Shown here piece after piece: positions 8,573-17,460 of a stretch of DNA of 64,000 nt. The translations under genes and the position numbers were made by a program. Below the pieces are notes generated by a model that saw nothing but the letters and a program-made list of their open reading frames with translations, was not told the origin of the DNA and searched no databases. The DNA is from Terrimicrobiaceae bacterium (GTDB lineage Bacteria > Verrucomicrobiota > Verrucomicrobiia > Chthoniobacterales > Terrimicrobiaceae), in contig JBGSVZ010000001.1 of assembly GCA_041752695.1 (NCBI GenBank), positions 1 to 64,000 on the forward strand, given 5' to 3'. The stretch's first letter is position 1. The number at the start of each line of letters is the position of its first letter.

Positions 8573-10699
8573 ATGAAAACTCCTGTCACTTCCGCGCAGG
8601 CGGCGCGAATAATGCGACTCCTAAGAGTTCTCACGACGACGGTTATGGTACTCGGTGGATTGCGAGATGCGTCTGCTCAAACAGTGCGCGTGGAGTCGAT
8701 TCTCTTTGTGGGCAATAGCCTGACCTTTCGCGCCTCGTCGGCGTCCCTGAACTGGCCCGGCAACTGGGGGATGGCGGCCACCAATGAGTCCCTCGACTAT
8801 GCCCACCGCCTCGCCGCCCGGATCGCCGCGAAGCAGGGGACGACTCCCGGCATCCAAATCCACGCGGCGGGCGGAGGCACACTCGCGGGCAAGTTGGCCC
8901 AGCGTGAGGTTCTGGCTGGTCTCCGTGCGGACCTCATCATCGTGCAAATGGGAGAGAACGACAACCAGGCCACGGTGGAGGGGTTTCAGCAACCGTATGA
9001 CGAGCTCATTTCCCTCCTTCGCACGGCGAATCCGAATGCCCGTTTCGTCTGCACCGGGGTGTGGAAAAGCACCAGCAAAACGCCGTTCATCAAGGCCGTC
9101 TGCACGAAATATGGACTGCCGTTTGCCGATGTGACCGCCGTCTGGCAGAACCCGGAAAATTCCGGATCAAGCACGGGTCTGTGGTCGGATGCCGGGGTTG
9201 GTTGGCATCCAAGCGACACGGGAATGGATGGATACGTCGACGCCATTTGGAATGCCTTCGACTTCGTCGTCCCCGATGCCAATCCGACTCCCACGCCGAC
9301 ACCCGCGGGTCCCGTTTACCCCGCGGCCAATGCGACAAACTTTCCCAATGGGGTCTACACGGACTCGAATCCAACCACCTTGCCCTACCGGTATTTCAAA
9401 CCCGTGATGTTTGATCCGTCCGACACGGTAACAAAGTATCCGCTGGTTCTATTTCTTCATGGTTCGGGTCAACGCGGCACCAACAACACCGCCCAGCTTG
9501 CGACGAATGCAAACTATGCCATGATCTTCCTTTCTAGCGCGGGACCGGATAATCAAACTTTGCATCCCTGCTTCTGGGTGGCTCCGCAGTGTCAGATCGG
9601 ATGGCATGATCCCACGTACGTGGCGGATCAACTGCAGGGTCTCATCGATCATTTTCTGGCTAATTTTCCGATAGACCCGGATCGGGTATACCTAACCGGT
9701 CTATCGGCGGGCGCTGATGGGGTAACGCATCAACTGGCTAATTTTCCACATCGTTGGGCCGCCGCGCATGCGGCTTGCGGCTGGGGCAACGGGAATGAGG
9801 CGGCGTACAAGGATATACCGATGTGGATTTTTCACACGGCCGATGACACTACGGTGCCGGTCGGCGGTTCGGATAACCTTGTGAACAACCTTCGGGCCGC
9901 AGGGGGCGATCCCATTTACACCCGCTACAATACCGGAGGTCATGGTTCTGCTTGGGGCAGAGCTTACAATATCCAGACCCCCTTGGTCCCGTGGATGATG
10001 GCGCAGCGGCGCGGTCAGCGGACTTCAAAAGTGGCGGGTCCAACCATCGATATTCTGACCCCGACATCCTCCGCGGACCATGCCGTTGCCGCCCCCTCGA
10101 TTGCTCTTGGAGGCACCGCGGCCAGCCCGTCGTTAAATTCCTTGAGCTGGAAAAAAGGAGGGCAGACCGGGACGATGACGGGAACGACAAACTGGACATC
10201 GCCGAGCATTCCCCTGATCACGGGAACCAATGTTGTCCAGGTCTTTGCCCGAGGGGTTGCTTATGCCTATGCGGGCAATGGGTACACGTCTTTTAGCGAC
10301 ACCCTAAAAATCATTGTGGCGCCCTCCACGAGTTTTGCTGTCTGGCAGACCGCCCACCCTTGGAATGGCCTCCCCAGTGCCGAGACCGCCGATCCAGATG
10401 GCGATGGGAATGTCAATTTGCTCGAGTATGCCTTTGGGTCATCCCCGATCTCGGCCGCCGATTCAATTGGTCCGGAATTAAGTTTGAACGGATCTCTGAT
10501 TTCCCTGACCTATCTCAAAGACATTCGCAAGACGGACCTCAATCATCGTGTGCAATTTTCCACCGACCTCCAGAACTGGTCCGACCTGCCTGCCGTCCGA
10601 ACGGGGCCGGCGGGAGTGGTGGAAACTTGGGTGGCGCCTATGCCTCCGGAAGCCTCCCACAGCGGGAGCTTTCTCAGGCTTAGGATCGAAAGGAATTAG
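8573..10699 (+). CDS. Secreted multidomain esterase: SGNH domain + alpha/beta esterase + Ig-like + C-terminal DPDGDG domain
   Basis: VGNSL...GEND...WHPS (SGNH); PTPTPTP linker; FLHGSG...GLSAG...D...GGHG (alpha/beta hydrolase); DPDGDGNVNLLEYAFG...STDL...FLRL tail. Confidence 0.75.
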   Translation: MKTPVTSAQAARIMRLLRVLTTTVMVLGGLRDASAQTVRVESILFVGNSLTFRASSASLNWPGNWGMAATNESLDYAHRLAARIAAKQGTTPGIQIHAAGGGTLAGKLAQREVLAGLRADLIIVQMGENDNQATVEGFQQPYDELISLLRTANPNARFVCTGVWKSTSKTPFIKAVCTKYGLPFADVTAVWQNPENSGSSTGLWSDAGVGWHPSDTGMDGYVDAIWNAFDFVVPDANPTPTPTPAGPVYPAANATNFPNGVYTDSNPTTLPYRYFKPVMFDPSDTVTKYPLVLFLHGSGQRGTNNTAQLATNANYAMIFLSSAGPDNQTLHPCFWVAPQCQIGWHDPTYVADQLQGLIDHFLANFPIDPDRVYLTGLSAGADGVTHQLANFPHRWAAAHAACGWGNGNEAAYKDIPMWIFHTADDTTVPVGGSDNLVNNLRAAGGDPIYTRYNTGGHGSAWGRAYNIQTPLVPWMMAQRRGQRTSKVAGPTIDILTPTSSADHAVAAPSIALGGTAASPSLNSLSWKKGGQTGTMTGTTNWTSPSIPLITGTNVVQVFARGVAYAYAGNGYTSFSDTLKIIVAPSTSFAVWQTAHPWNGLPSAETADPDGDGNVNLLEYAFGSSPISAADSIGPELSLNGSLISLTYLKDIRKTDLNHRVQFSTDLQNWSDLPAVRTGPAGVVETWVAPMPPEASHSGSFLRLRIERN

Positions 10700-10720
10700 C
10701 GTTTGGCTTTAACTGTCTCT

Positions 10721-12724
10721 ATGAAGTCTCCGTCCCGCCAACGCCTTGCGTTGAGAAGAGTTTGGGCTGCGGTTTTAGCACTAGCCGGGCTAGTAAATGC
10801 GCCGGCTGATGTCGTATTACCGGCCATTTTTTCCGATCACGCGGTCTTGCAGCGTTCACCTTCCAGTCCGGTTTGGGGCCGGGCCGAGCCGGGGGAAAAG
10901 GTCGTGGTTTCGCTGGGAGAGATCCGACAGGAATGCGTGGCCACTGCCGATGGACGGTGGCGGGTGGATCTTGATTTGTCGAAGGTGGGCGAAGGTCCTT
11001 GGGATCTGGTGGTTGCCGGTAGGAACACTCTCACTGTTTCCGACGTGCTGGTTGGCGAAGTCTGGATGTGCTCCGGCCAATCCAATATGTACTGGCCGCT
11101 GAGGCAGACCACCAACGCCAGTGCGGAAATAGCCGCGTCCACGAATTTTCGCTTGCGTCAGTTCCGGGTTCGTACTGCTGCCTCGCTGGATCCGGTGGAA
11201 GATTGTCAGGGTGTATGGACGGTAGCCGGCCCGGCGACGGCGGGGGATTTTTCGGGCGTCGCTTATTATTTTGGGAAATCCCTCCAGATGACGCTTGGTG
11301 TCCCCATTGGTGTGATCAACAGCTCTTGGGGGGGGACACCAATTGAGGCTTGGACCAGCGCCAGTGCTCTGGATCGCGACGCTGGGCTCAAAGCCGCCAA
11401 AGACCGCATCCACCTTCAGGTTCGGGAGTTTCCCGAAAAGCAGACGGCTTTTGCGGAGGCCCTGGGATCCTGGATCGAAATTTCCGGCCGGCGTGATCCG
11501 GGAGTAGAGGATGCGGCGATGGTGCGCGGCAGCGACGCGGATTGGCAGCAGGTCGAGTTCCCTGGCACCCTTCCCGGCGATCTGGCGAAGCCGGGGATTC
11601 TTTGGCTGCGTCGCGAAATTGCCGTACCCGCCCAGTTGGCGGGCAAAGATCTCGAGCTTCGTTTCGAACCATTGTCGGGGTTCGACGCGGTTTTTTGGAA
11701 CTCAGAGAAAGTGGGCGAACGAGGCATTTCCGATTATCCGGGCGACGGAGCGCCCCGCGTTTACAAAGTGCCAGGCCGCTTGGTGCAGGCGAACAGCGCC
11801 GTAGTTGCGGTGCGGATTTATTCTCCGACGAAGCCTCCGAAGGTGACTGGGCGGCCGGATCGAGTCAAAGCTGGACCACTAGTCATCGGTGGAAACTGGC
11901 AGGGGCGGGCGGAACAGGTGTTTTCCTCGCCCGCGGGTGCCCCAGTGCCAGAACCCCTGCAAGCACCACCAGCGCTCCACACCGTTCCGGGTGCGCTCTT
12001 TAATGCCATGGTTCGTCCGATTATTCCTTACGGCATCCGGGGTATTCTTTGGTATCAAGGTGAGGCGAATGTCGGGCGCGCGAAGGAATACCGCCGGGCC
12101 TTTCCACTGCTGATCGGTGACTGGCGCACAACGTGGGATCGGGAAAATACCCCGTTCTATTTTTGTCAGCTTCCCAATTTTTCCGCGCGTGTGGCGGACC
12201 CCGTGGAACATTCCTGGTGCGCGTTGCGGGAGGCCCAGGCGGAGGCGCTTTCCCTCCCAAATACTGGCATGGCCGTTTTGATTGATGTGGGTGAAGCGGG
12301 AGATATTCATCCCCGCAACAAAAAGGATCCTGGTGAGCGACTGGCGCGCATCGCGCTTGCCCGGGACTACGGGAAGCCAGTTTCCTATGAAGGCCCTTCG
12401 GTAAAAGACGTGCGCATTGGAGCCGGCACGATTCGCCTGTCTTTTCGCGGAACCGGGGGAGGTCTGGCGATCTCGTCTCCGCCCGGCGGAGAGGCGGACA
12501 GTCCTTTGCGCGGATTCACCATTTGCGGTACAGATGGCAAGTGGAAGCGGGCGTCCGCGCTGATTGAGGGTGAGGACGTGGTCGTCTCCGCAGCTGAGGT
12601 TCCGGTGCCTGTTGCCGTCCGGTATGCTTGGGAGGGAAACCCTGATTGTAATCTTGCCAACAAGGAAGGGCTTCCGGCTGCACCTTTTCGGACCGATGAT
12701 TTTGCGATTCCTTCCTCCCATTGA
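10721..12724 (+). CDS. Sialate O-acetylesterase (SASA family)
   Basis: FSDHAVLQR, GEVWMCSGQSNM, WGGTPIEAW, WYQGEAN, DIHP, VAVRYAW and PAAPFRTD motifs. Confidence 0.9.
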   Translation: MKSPSRQRLALRRVWAAVLALAGLVNAPADVVLPAIFSDHAVLQRSPSSPVWGRAEPGEKVVVSLGEIRQECVATADGRWRVDLDLSKVGEGPWDLVVAGRNTLTVSDVLVGEVWMCSGQSNMYWPLRQTTNASAEIAASTNFRLRQFRVRTAASLDPVEDCQGVWTVAGPATAGDFSGVAYYFGKSLQMTLGVPIGVINSSWGGTPIEAWTSASALDRDAGLKAAKDRIHLQVREFPEKQTAFAEALGSWIEISGRRDPGVEDAAMVRGSDADWQQVEFPGTLPGDLAKPGILWLRREIAVPAQLAGKDLELRFEPLSGFDAVFWNSEKVGERGISDYPGDGAPRVYKVPGRLVQANSAVVAVRIYSPTKPPKVTGRPDRVKAGPLVIGGNWQGRAEQVFSSPAGAPVPEPLQAPPALHTVPGALFNAMVRPIIPYGIRGILWYQGEANVGRAKEYRRAFPLLIGDWRTTWDRENTPFYFCQLPNFSARVADPVEHSWCALREAQAEALSLPNTGMAVLIDVGEAGDIHPRNKKDPGERLARIALARDYGKPVSYEGPSVKDVRIGAGTIRLSFRGTGGGLAISSPPGGEADSPLRGFTICGTDGKWKRASALIEGEDVVVSAAEVPVPVAVRYAWEGNPDCNLANKEGLPAAPFRTDDFAIPSSH

Positions 12725-12842
12725 TAATTTGGTGCGACCCTGACGCGCTTCATGAAATTTCAGGTGGCTAGAGGGATCGCGGATCCGTAAGGACAAGGCA
12801 ATGATTGACCCCGCAAAGCCCTTTCGTGCAGGGTCTTTCCCG

Positions 12843-13697
12843 ATGAGCAAGATCCACATCTCCCGCGACCGGCAGTCCCTCGGGCATTTTTTTCCCGACG
12901 AAGTTGCGGTGGGCTTGCGCACCGGGAGATTTCATCCCACGGACCTGGCCTGGCAGGACCCGATGGAAACGTGGAAGTCGTTGGGGGAATTTGACGATCT
13001 CCCCGTGGTCGAGGCCGAGGTCGAAGACCCCCCTCCGCTGCCCGAGCGGCAGGTCGCCGAGCCTGTCCCCATGGCTGCGGCGGATGCGCCTGCCTGGGAG
13101 AAGCCGAGCGGCGACAACGTTTTTCTCCTCCTTTTGAAAACGATCGGTCATGTCTTTTCTCAACCGGCCACCACTTTCAGGGGTTTGAATCCGGATTTAC
13201 CCATGGGACGGGCTCTCCGGTATTACCTGATCCTTTCCACCCTGGGAGCCTGGGTCTATCTGGCGTACAATCTTGTGGTGGTGCTGATGTTTCCTGAGAT
13301 CGTGACGCTGCAAATGGGCGGTAAAATCACCACCACCCAGCTGCTGATCGGTCAGGTTTTTAATGTGCTCTTCGCGCCGTTTTTTTTGGCGGGACTGGCC
13401 TTTGGTTTCTCGGGTCTCCTGCACCTGATGCTAACGCTCTTCGGGGTGCCGCAGCCTTCCTTCGCCGTGACGGTGCGGGTGTTTTGCTACGCGGTGGGCA
13501 CGTCGTTTTTGCTGATCCTGATTCCGCTCTGCGGCCCATTCTTTTTTGTCCCCTGCGCCGTGGTCTATCTGGTGCTTGGCCTCAAGGAAGCCCATCGCAC
13601 GGATGCCTTCCGACCGCTTTTTGCGGTGATGGTTCCGGCTTTTTTGCTCGGCTTGGGGTTTCTGGTCCTGCTTCTGCAGGCGGGCGTGATCAAATAA
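12843..13697 (+). CDS. GYF_2 (DUF4339)-like + Yip1-domain membrane protein
   Basis: N-terminal GHF..EV...G...TDLAW...WK.L pattern; PAWE, P..TF and five hydrophobic helices. Confidence 0.65.
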   Translation: MSKIHISRDRQSLGHFFPDEVAVGLRTGRFHPTDLAWQDPMETWKSLGEFDDLPVVEAEVEDPPPLPERQVAEPVPMAAADAPAWEKPSGDNVFLLLLKTIGHVFSQPATTFRGLNPDLPMGRALRYYLILSTLGAWVYLAYNLVVVLMFPEIVTLQMGGKITTTQLLIGQVFNVLFAPFFLAGLAFGFSGLLHLMLTLFGVPQPSFAVTVRVFCYAVGTSFLLILIPLCGPFFFVPCAVVYLVLGLKEAHRTDAFRPLFAVMVPAFLLGLGFLVLLLQAGVIK

Positions 13698-14460
13698 TGC
13701 ACCGGGCCTCGCCCGGTTGATCCGGGGGGGCGCAACAAATGGCGCTGCCGCGGCTGTTCAGCGCGACGCGGACACAATCACCAGCCAGTTCCGGAGAATT
13801 GCAGTCGCGGCTCAAGTGGCCGAGGATCACGTGGTGGAGCGGGGCATCGAGTTCCGCGAGCACCCGGGCGGCAGCGGCGTTGGAAAGGTGGCCATGACGC
13901 GAGAGGATGCGCTGTTTCACCGACCAGGGGCGTTTGGTGCATTTCTGTAGCAGGTCCTCATCGTGATTGGTTTCGATGAGGATGGCCTTCACTCCGCGCA
14001 GGGCCTCAAATACCAGCCGGGTGGCATATCCCAGATCGGTGAGAACGCCAAAGCAGCCGTCGTTGGTGGAAATGCGAAACCCCACGGGTTCGGCCGCATC
14101 GTGGGGCACGGAAAATGCCCGCACGGCAAAATCCCCGAGGGCAAATTCTGTGCCGGTTTGGAAAAGCCGCCAGTTGCCATGCGTGAGGCCGCCGTCCTGC
14201 AGGGCCCGGGCCGTCATGGCATTGCAAAAAACCGGCAGGCTGTGTTTGCCCAGGAGGACTTTGAGCGAACTGGTGTGATCGCCGTGTTCGTGGGTGAGGA
14301 GAATGCCGGCAAGTTCTTCGGGCTTTACGCCACAGGTGGCGAGGCGCGCCGTGAGCTGCTTCGCGCTCAGCCCGGCGTCCACCAGAAACGCCGTGCTCCC
14401 CTGGCGGACGAGGGCGGCGTTGCCGGAGCTGCCGCTCCCGAGCGTGATCACTTCGAACAT
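13690..14460 (-). CDS. MBL-fold metallo-hydrolase (YycJ/WalJ-like)
   Basis: LGSGSSGN, THEHGDH, PHDA, TDLG, ETNHD, GHLSN and HLSRDCN motifs. Confidence 0.85.
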   Translation of the reverse strand: MFEVITLGSGSSGNAALVRQGSTAFLVDAGLSAKQLTARLATCGVKPEELAGILLTHEHGDHTSSLKVLLGKHSLPVFCNAMTARALQDGGLTHGNWRLFQTGTEFALGDFAVRAFSVPHDAAEPVGFRISTNDGCFGVLTDLGYATRLVFEALRGVKAILIETNHDEDLLQKCTKRPWSVKQRILSRHGHLSNAAAARVLAELDAPLHHVILGHLSRDCNSPELAGDCVRVALNSRGSAICCAPPDQPGEARCII

Positions 14461-14542
14461 CCGGCAATTATGAACGTCCGCCCATTTCTTCGCGACAAGG
14501 AATTGCAGCCCAGCCGCAAAACATGGCATCCTCCGGCATCTC

Positions 14543-15337
14543 ATGCAGCAATACCATCGTCTGCTCCGCCTCGTGCTCGATCAAGGTCGTTTCAAAGCCG
14601 ACCGTACCGGGACGGGCACGTATTCCATCTTCGGGGCGCAGGAACGGTTTGATCTGCGCGAATCGTTTCCTCTGCTCACCACGAAAAAACTCCATGTGCG
14701 CTCCATCATCCACGAGTTGCTCTGGTTTCTTCAGGGCGACACCAACGTGCGGTATCTGCAGGAGAACAAGGTCTCGATCTGGGACGAATGGGCGGATGAC
14801 AAGGGCGACCTGGGCCGGGTCTATGGGGCGCAGTGGCGCGACTGGCGCAAGCCGGATGGTGGACAGGTGGATCAAATTCTCCGTGTGGTCGAGGACATCC
14901 GGAAAAATCCCGACAGCCGCCGCCACCTGGTGAGTGCGTGGAATCCCGGGGAAATCGACCAGATGGCGCTGGCCCCGTGTCATGCGCTGTTTCAGTTCTA
15001 TGTGCAGGATGGAGAGTTAAGCTGTCAGCTCTACCAACGCAGCGCGGATTTGTTTCTCGGCGTGCCTTTTAACATTGCGTCCTATGCCCTGCTGACCCTG
15101 ATGATGGCGCAGGTCTGCGGGCTTAAGCCGGGGGATTTTATCCACACCTTCGGCGACCTGCATCTTTACGCCAATCATCTCGATCAGGCTCGGGAACAGC
15201 TCACCCGCGAATTCCGGCCCTTGCCGCGGATGAGACTCAACCCCGCGGTGACCGACATCACGGGTTTCCGCTACGAGGATTTCACCTTGGAAGGTTATGA
15301 TCCGCATCCGGCGATCAAGGCGCCGATTTCGGTCTGA
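14543..15337 (+). CDS. thyA: Thymidylate synthase
   Basis: [35 protein letters not shown] and HLYANH motifs. Confidence 0.97.
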   Translation: MQQYHRLLRLVLDQGRFKADRTGTGTYSIFGAQERFDLRESFPLLTTKKLHVRSIIHELLWFLQGDTNVRYLQENKVSIWDEWADDKGDLGRVYGAQWRDWRKPDGGQVDQILRVVEDIRKNPDSRRHLVSAWNPGEIDQMALAPCHALFQFYVQDGELSCQLYQRSADLFLGVPFNIASYALLTLMMAQVCGLKPGDFIHTFGDLHLYANHLDQAREQLTREFRPLPRMRLNPAVTDITGFRYEDFTLEGYDPHPAIKAPISV

Positions 15338-15352
15338 GAAATGGGGGGGGCT

Positions 15353-15394
15353 AACGCTCAACTTTGAACGCTCAACTCGCAACGCTGAAGTTAT
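15353..15394 (+). repeat. Short heptamer tandem repeat (AACNNNN x5-6)
   Basis: aacgctc aactttg aacgctc aactcgc aacgctg aagttat, located between thyA and folA. Confidence 0.6.
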
Positions 15395-15890
15395 GAAGGC
15401 CATTGCCGCGATGTCCACGAACCGAGTGATCGGAATGGATGGGAAAATTCCGTGGCGTCTGCCGGAGGATCTCAAGTTTTTCAAGCAGACGACTCTGGGC
15501 CATGTGGTCTTGATGGGCCGGAAAACGTTCGAGTCTCTGGGCCGGCCGTTGCCCGGACGCGAGCATTGGGTGGTGAGCCGCGGGGCGGATTTTGCAGGAG
15601 TGCGGATGATCCGGGATCTGCCGGAGATCTCTGAGCCAACGGACGGGCGTGAATTGTTTCTGATCGGTGGCGCTGAGCTCTACGCGCAGCTTTTACCGAA
15701 GTGCAGTGACCTGCTTCTCACTCACGTGAAGGGCGAATTGGCCGGAGATGTCTTTTTTCCGCCTTTCGAGGAGATGTTCGATTCGGGGGAAGTTCTGATG
15801 GAAACGCCGGAGATGACGGTGCGGCGATATGCGCGGGAAGCCAGCGGGGCGAAGACGGCGGGTTGGGGACAACCCGCCCTACCCGGGTAG
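15393..15890 (+). CDS. folA: Dihydrofolate reductase
   Basis: IAAM..NRVIG...IPWRLPEDLKFFK...MGRKTFES..RPLPGR, IGGAELY and GDVFFP motifs. Confidence 0.95.
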   Translation: MKAIAAMSTNRVIGMDGKIPWRLPEDLKFFKQTTLGHVVLMGRKTFESLGRPLPGREHWVVSRGADFAGVRMIRDLPEISEPTDGRELFLIGGAELYAQLLPKCSDLLLTHVKGELAGDVFFPPFEEMFDSGEVLMETPEMTVRRYAREASGAKTAGWGQPALPG

Positions 15891-15914
15891 GGATCGTTGT
15901 CCCAACGATCCGTC
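15854..15914. repeat. GTAG-type REP dyad (two outward-facing REPs separated by CCGG)
   Basis: Minus strand GTAGGGCGGGTTGTCCCCAACCCGCCGTC (15882-15854) and plus strand GTAGGGATCGTTGTCCCAACGATCCGTC (15887-15914). Each is GTAG followed by a hairpin. Confidence 0.85.
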
Positions 15915-16370
15915 GATTGCCGCTCCGAGGTGAACGTGCGGCCAGTCTTCAGGTTGGTGCACCAATCCCGCCCGAACAGGGTTTTCCCAAATATACCGCG
16001 CCTTTTCGTCGAGTGACTCATCGCTCCGTAGCCGGTGGTCGAAGAAACCATCCTGCCACTTCACGCCGAGGAATCTTGCTGTCCAGCGTTTCCAGCCCCG
16101 GATTGTCTCCCTCATGGATCCATGTGAAGGAAAGCGTAGCAGCGCATGGGCATGGTCCGGCATGACCAAGAAAATTCGGGCAAACCAACGGCCTTGTTCC
16201 TCGGATTTGCGCACGGATGCAAGTAAGTCAGACGCGGAAGCGAGCAGGGGAGAACCTTCGCGAGATGCTGCGCAGATGGTGATGAAGAAGATTTGATCGG
16301 CAGGGTTGACGAAGAGGGGCAGATCGTGAGGGAGAATCTTGCGACCGATGGGGGCGTCGGGATTCTTCAT
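15879..16370 (-). mobile_element. rayT: REP-associated tyrosine transposase (RAYT, Y1/HUH)
   Basis: RKILPH, FFITIC, VMPDHAH (HUH), WQDGFFDHRLR and RYIWENPVRAGL...EDWP motifs; REP dyads on both flanks. Confidence 0.9.
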
Positions 16371-16385
16371 CGTCCTGTGAGGGAA

Positions 16386-16445
16386 GACGGAGGGTTGCGG
16401 AGAACCCTCCCTACCCGGGTACGGAGCGTCGTCCCAACGATCTGT
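16386..16445. repeat. Second REP dyad, direct repeat of 15854-15914
   Basis: gacggagggttgcggagaaccctccctac-ccgg-gtacggagcgtcgtcccaacgatctgt. The first REP has a compensatory C-G to A-T change; the second REP is degenerate (GTAC). Confidence 0.8.
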
Positions 16446-16448
16446 AGA

Positions 16449-16868
16449 TCAGCTAAACGTGAGGTTTTTCACCCCCGCATCCGCGGCGGAGTTGAGCACG
16501 TCGATGATTCGTTCGTGCTTGGTCTGGGGATCAGGCCGGATGATGACGGGATCCTTGTCCCCGAATTTGGCGATGGTTTCCTTCAGCCACGTTCGCAACT
16601 CCGGCAATTCCTTGCTGGTCGGAGTGTCATAGACCTTATTGTTCATCTGCACTTTTCCATCGGGAAAAATGTCAATGATGATGGGAGTGGGAGGGGGACC
16701 AGGTTTGGTCGAGGCCCTGCCGCTCGGGAGATTAATGGTGAGTTCCTTCGCAATGATTTGCGAACCTGCCGAGGCCATAAAGAACAGAAGGAGGACGAAA
16801 ACCACGTCCACCATCGGTGCAATTTGAAATCCTACGTCGCCGTCTTCACTTGTTCCGCCGCCAGCCAT
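16449..16868 (-). CDS. exbD: Biopolymer transport protein ExbD/TolR
   Basis: FQIAPMVDVVFVLLLFFM, INLP and VIIRPD...GV.N..FS motifs. Confidence 0.88.
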   Translation of the reverse strand: MAGGGTSEDGDVGFQIAPMVDVVFVLLLFFMASAGSQIIAKELTINLPSGRASTKPGPPPTPIIIDIFPDGKVQMNNKVYDTPTSKELPELRTWLKETIAKFGDKDPVIIRPDPQTKHERIIDVLNSAADAGVKNLTFS

Positions 16869-16901
16869 GGTATGTTTTTGGGGTTAAATTTTGGGGAAAA
16901 A

Positions 16902-17381
16902 TTACGACTTCGCGTCGGGATCCTTGTCCACCACGGAGAAGGTTACGTCGCCCACGCCGGACTGTCCGACGGATTCCAGCAGGGTGCGAAGAAACTCGTA
17001 TCGCACCTGCTTGTCAGCGCGGAGCAACACCCGCACTTGGGGATTGGCCGTGACCTTGGCTTTGAGCAGGGGAACGAGCTCCTGCGCAGTGAGGACCCGT
17101 TCGTCCACTTCGATGCTCGTGATGTTATTGATCGGAGTGTAGAGGACGTTGACGATGACCTGGCCGCCTTTATCCTTTTTGGCCTCCTTGGCCGATTTCG
17201 CGACGGGCAAGTCCACATTCTGGTTCTGCTGCAGAACTTCCGTCGAACTAATGGACATGAAGAAGACCAGCAGAACGAGAAGAATATCGATCATCGGCGC
17301 GATCTGAAATTCCGGATCGGCTTCGGCTTCCGGTTTCCGGTGCTTTTTTTTGCCGGCTCTGGGTCTTCTGTCGTCGGACAT
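16902..17381 (-). CDS. exbD: Biopolymer transport protein ExbD/TolR
   Basis: FQIAPMIDILLVLLVFFM, VDLP and VLLRAD motifs. Confidence 0.88.
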   Translation of the reverse strand: MSDDRRPRAGKKKHRKPEAEADPEFQIAPMIDILLVLLVFFMSISSTEVLQQNQNVDLPVAKSAKEAKKDKGGQVIVNVLYTPINNITSIEVDERVLTAQELVPLLKAKVTANPQVRVLLRADKQVRYEFLRTLLESVGQSGVGDVTFSVVDKDPDAKS

Positions 17382-17460
17382 GGTGGGGAGTTTTTGGGGT
17401 TTCGCGTGGGGAATCCCGGTCGGAGGCCTGCCTCAGGCGTGATTCACCAACAAACGTTTC

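Noticed and set aside
15854..16445. Repeat pair as a CRISPR array or IS200/IS605 ends
   Set aside because: Only two units, no spacers and no cas genes. The protein has RAYT-specific motifs, there is no tnpB, and the repeats begin with GTAG.
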